A stretch of DNA of 63,204 nucleotides, filler included, from Asterionella formosa (taxonomy: Eukaryota): the NCBI GenBank assembly GCA_002256025.1. It is 18 parts of 18 records of this genome, joined end to end, with 100 filler letters (N's around TTAATTAATTAA, not from the genome) between each part and the next. Parts side by side here need not be neighbours in the genome. Positions count along the whole stretch, not along the records: positions 59,800 to 63,204 come from NKIB01014180.1; 17 more parts are not named here. One strand, 5' to 3'. The position numbers and the translations under genes were made by a program. Positions 63,073-63,204 of this stretch are shown piece by piece (position 1 is the stretch's first letter; each line of letters begins with the position of its first letter). The notes beneath the pieces were generated by a model. That model had not been told where the DNA came from and made no database searches. It was given only the letters and a program-made list of their open reading frames with translations.

Positions 63073-63204
63073 TGAAGTATCTAACTAGAAGTGGCAATAT
63101 TTGTTGAATATATGAGCTTTATTAATTGATTCTTATCTACGACTTGCTTCCTAAATCGACATCAAAGTATACAATAGGTCTTACCGGTACCTGGTAGTCG
63201 AGTT
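63073..63204 (-). mobile_element. Third copy of the gypsy LTR (3' end, cut by window end)
   Basis: TGAAGTATCTAACTAGAAGT..TTGTTGAATA(T/G)ATGAGCT matches 34113ff and the reverse complement of 52176. Confidence 0.85.

Overview
This is eukaryotic, diatom-like nuclear DNA: GT-AG introns, bipartite signal + 'AF/CF' plastid-targeting presequences and diatom-type retroelements. It is not one contiguous locus. It consists of 18 unrelated ~3.4-kb contigs in decreasing length order, joined by 100-nt N-spacers containing the artificial all-frame stop linker TTAATTAATTAA, so synteny means nothing across spacers. Host genes include TrmO, an OTU deubiquitinase, acetylglutamate kinase, an LRR receptor-like protein, TatD, mitoferrin (5' part), a Kir-type K+ channel, an M11 gametolysin-like peptidase, an LSm10-like protein, an FAD monooxygenase, an MFSD5-like transporter and several secreted proteins. 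About half of the window is decayed TEs (copia, gypsy, non-LTR, pogo-like, mariner, Plavaka-like, Crypton-like, a tRNA-headed SINE candidate) and satellites. Five observations stand out. (1) A predicted plastid-targeted 'sticker-and-spacer' protein with FGxxYLSSLPGK repeats is a pyrenoid/Rubisco-linker candidate. (2) A pervasive intergenic TA-CC(W)GG-TA motif matches the expected excision footprints of a CCAG...CTGG-ended TA-targeting transposon whose two ends are both in the window. (3) LSm10 and a plastid FAD monooxygenase share a bacterial-style ATGA stop/start overlap. (4) A tRNA-headed SINE candidate interrupts a gypsy relic. (5) An orphan PGRL1 fragment sits between minisatellites. All calls come from reading motifs by eye; no database searches were run.
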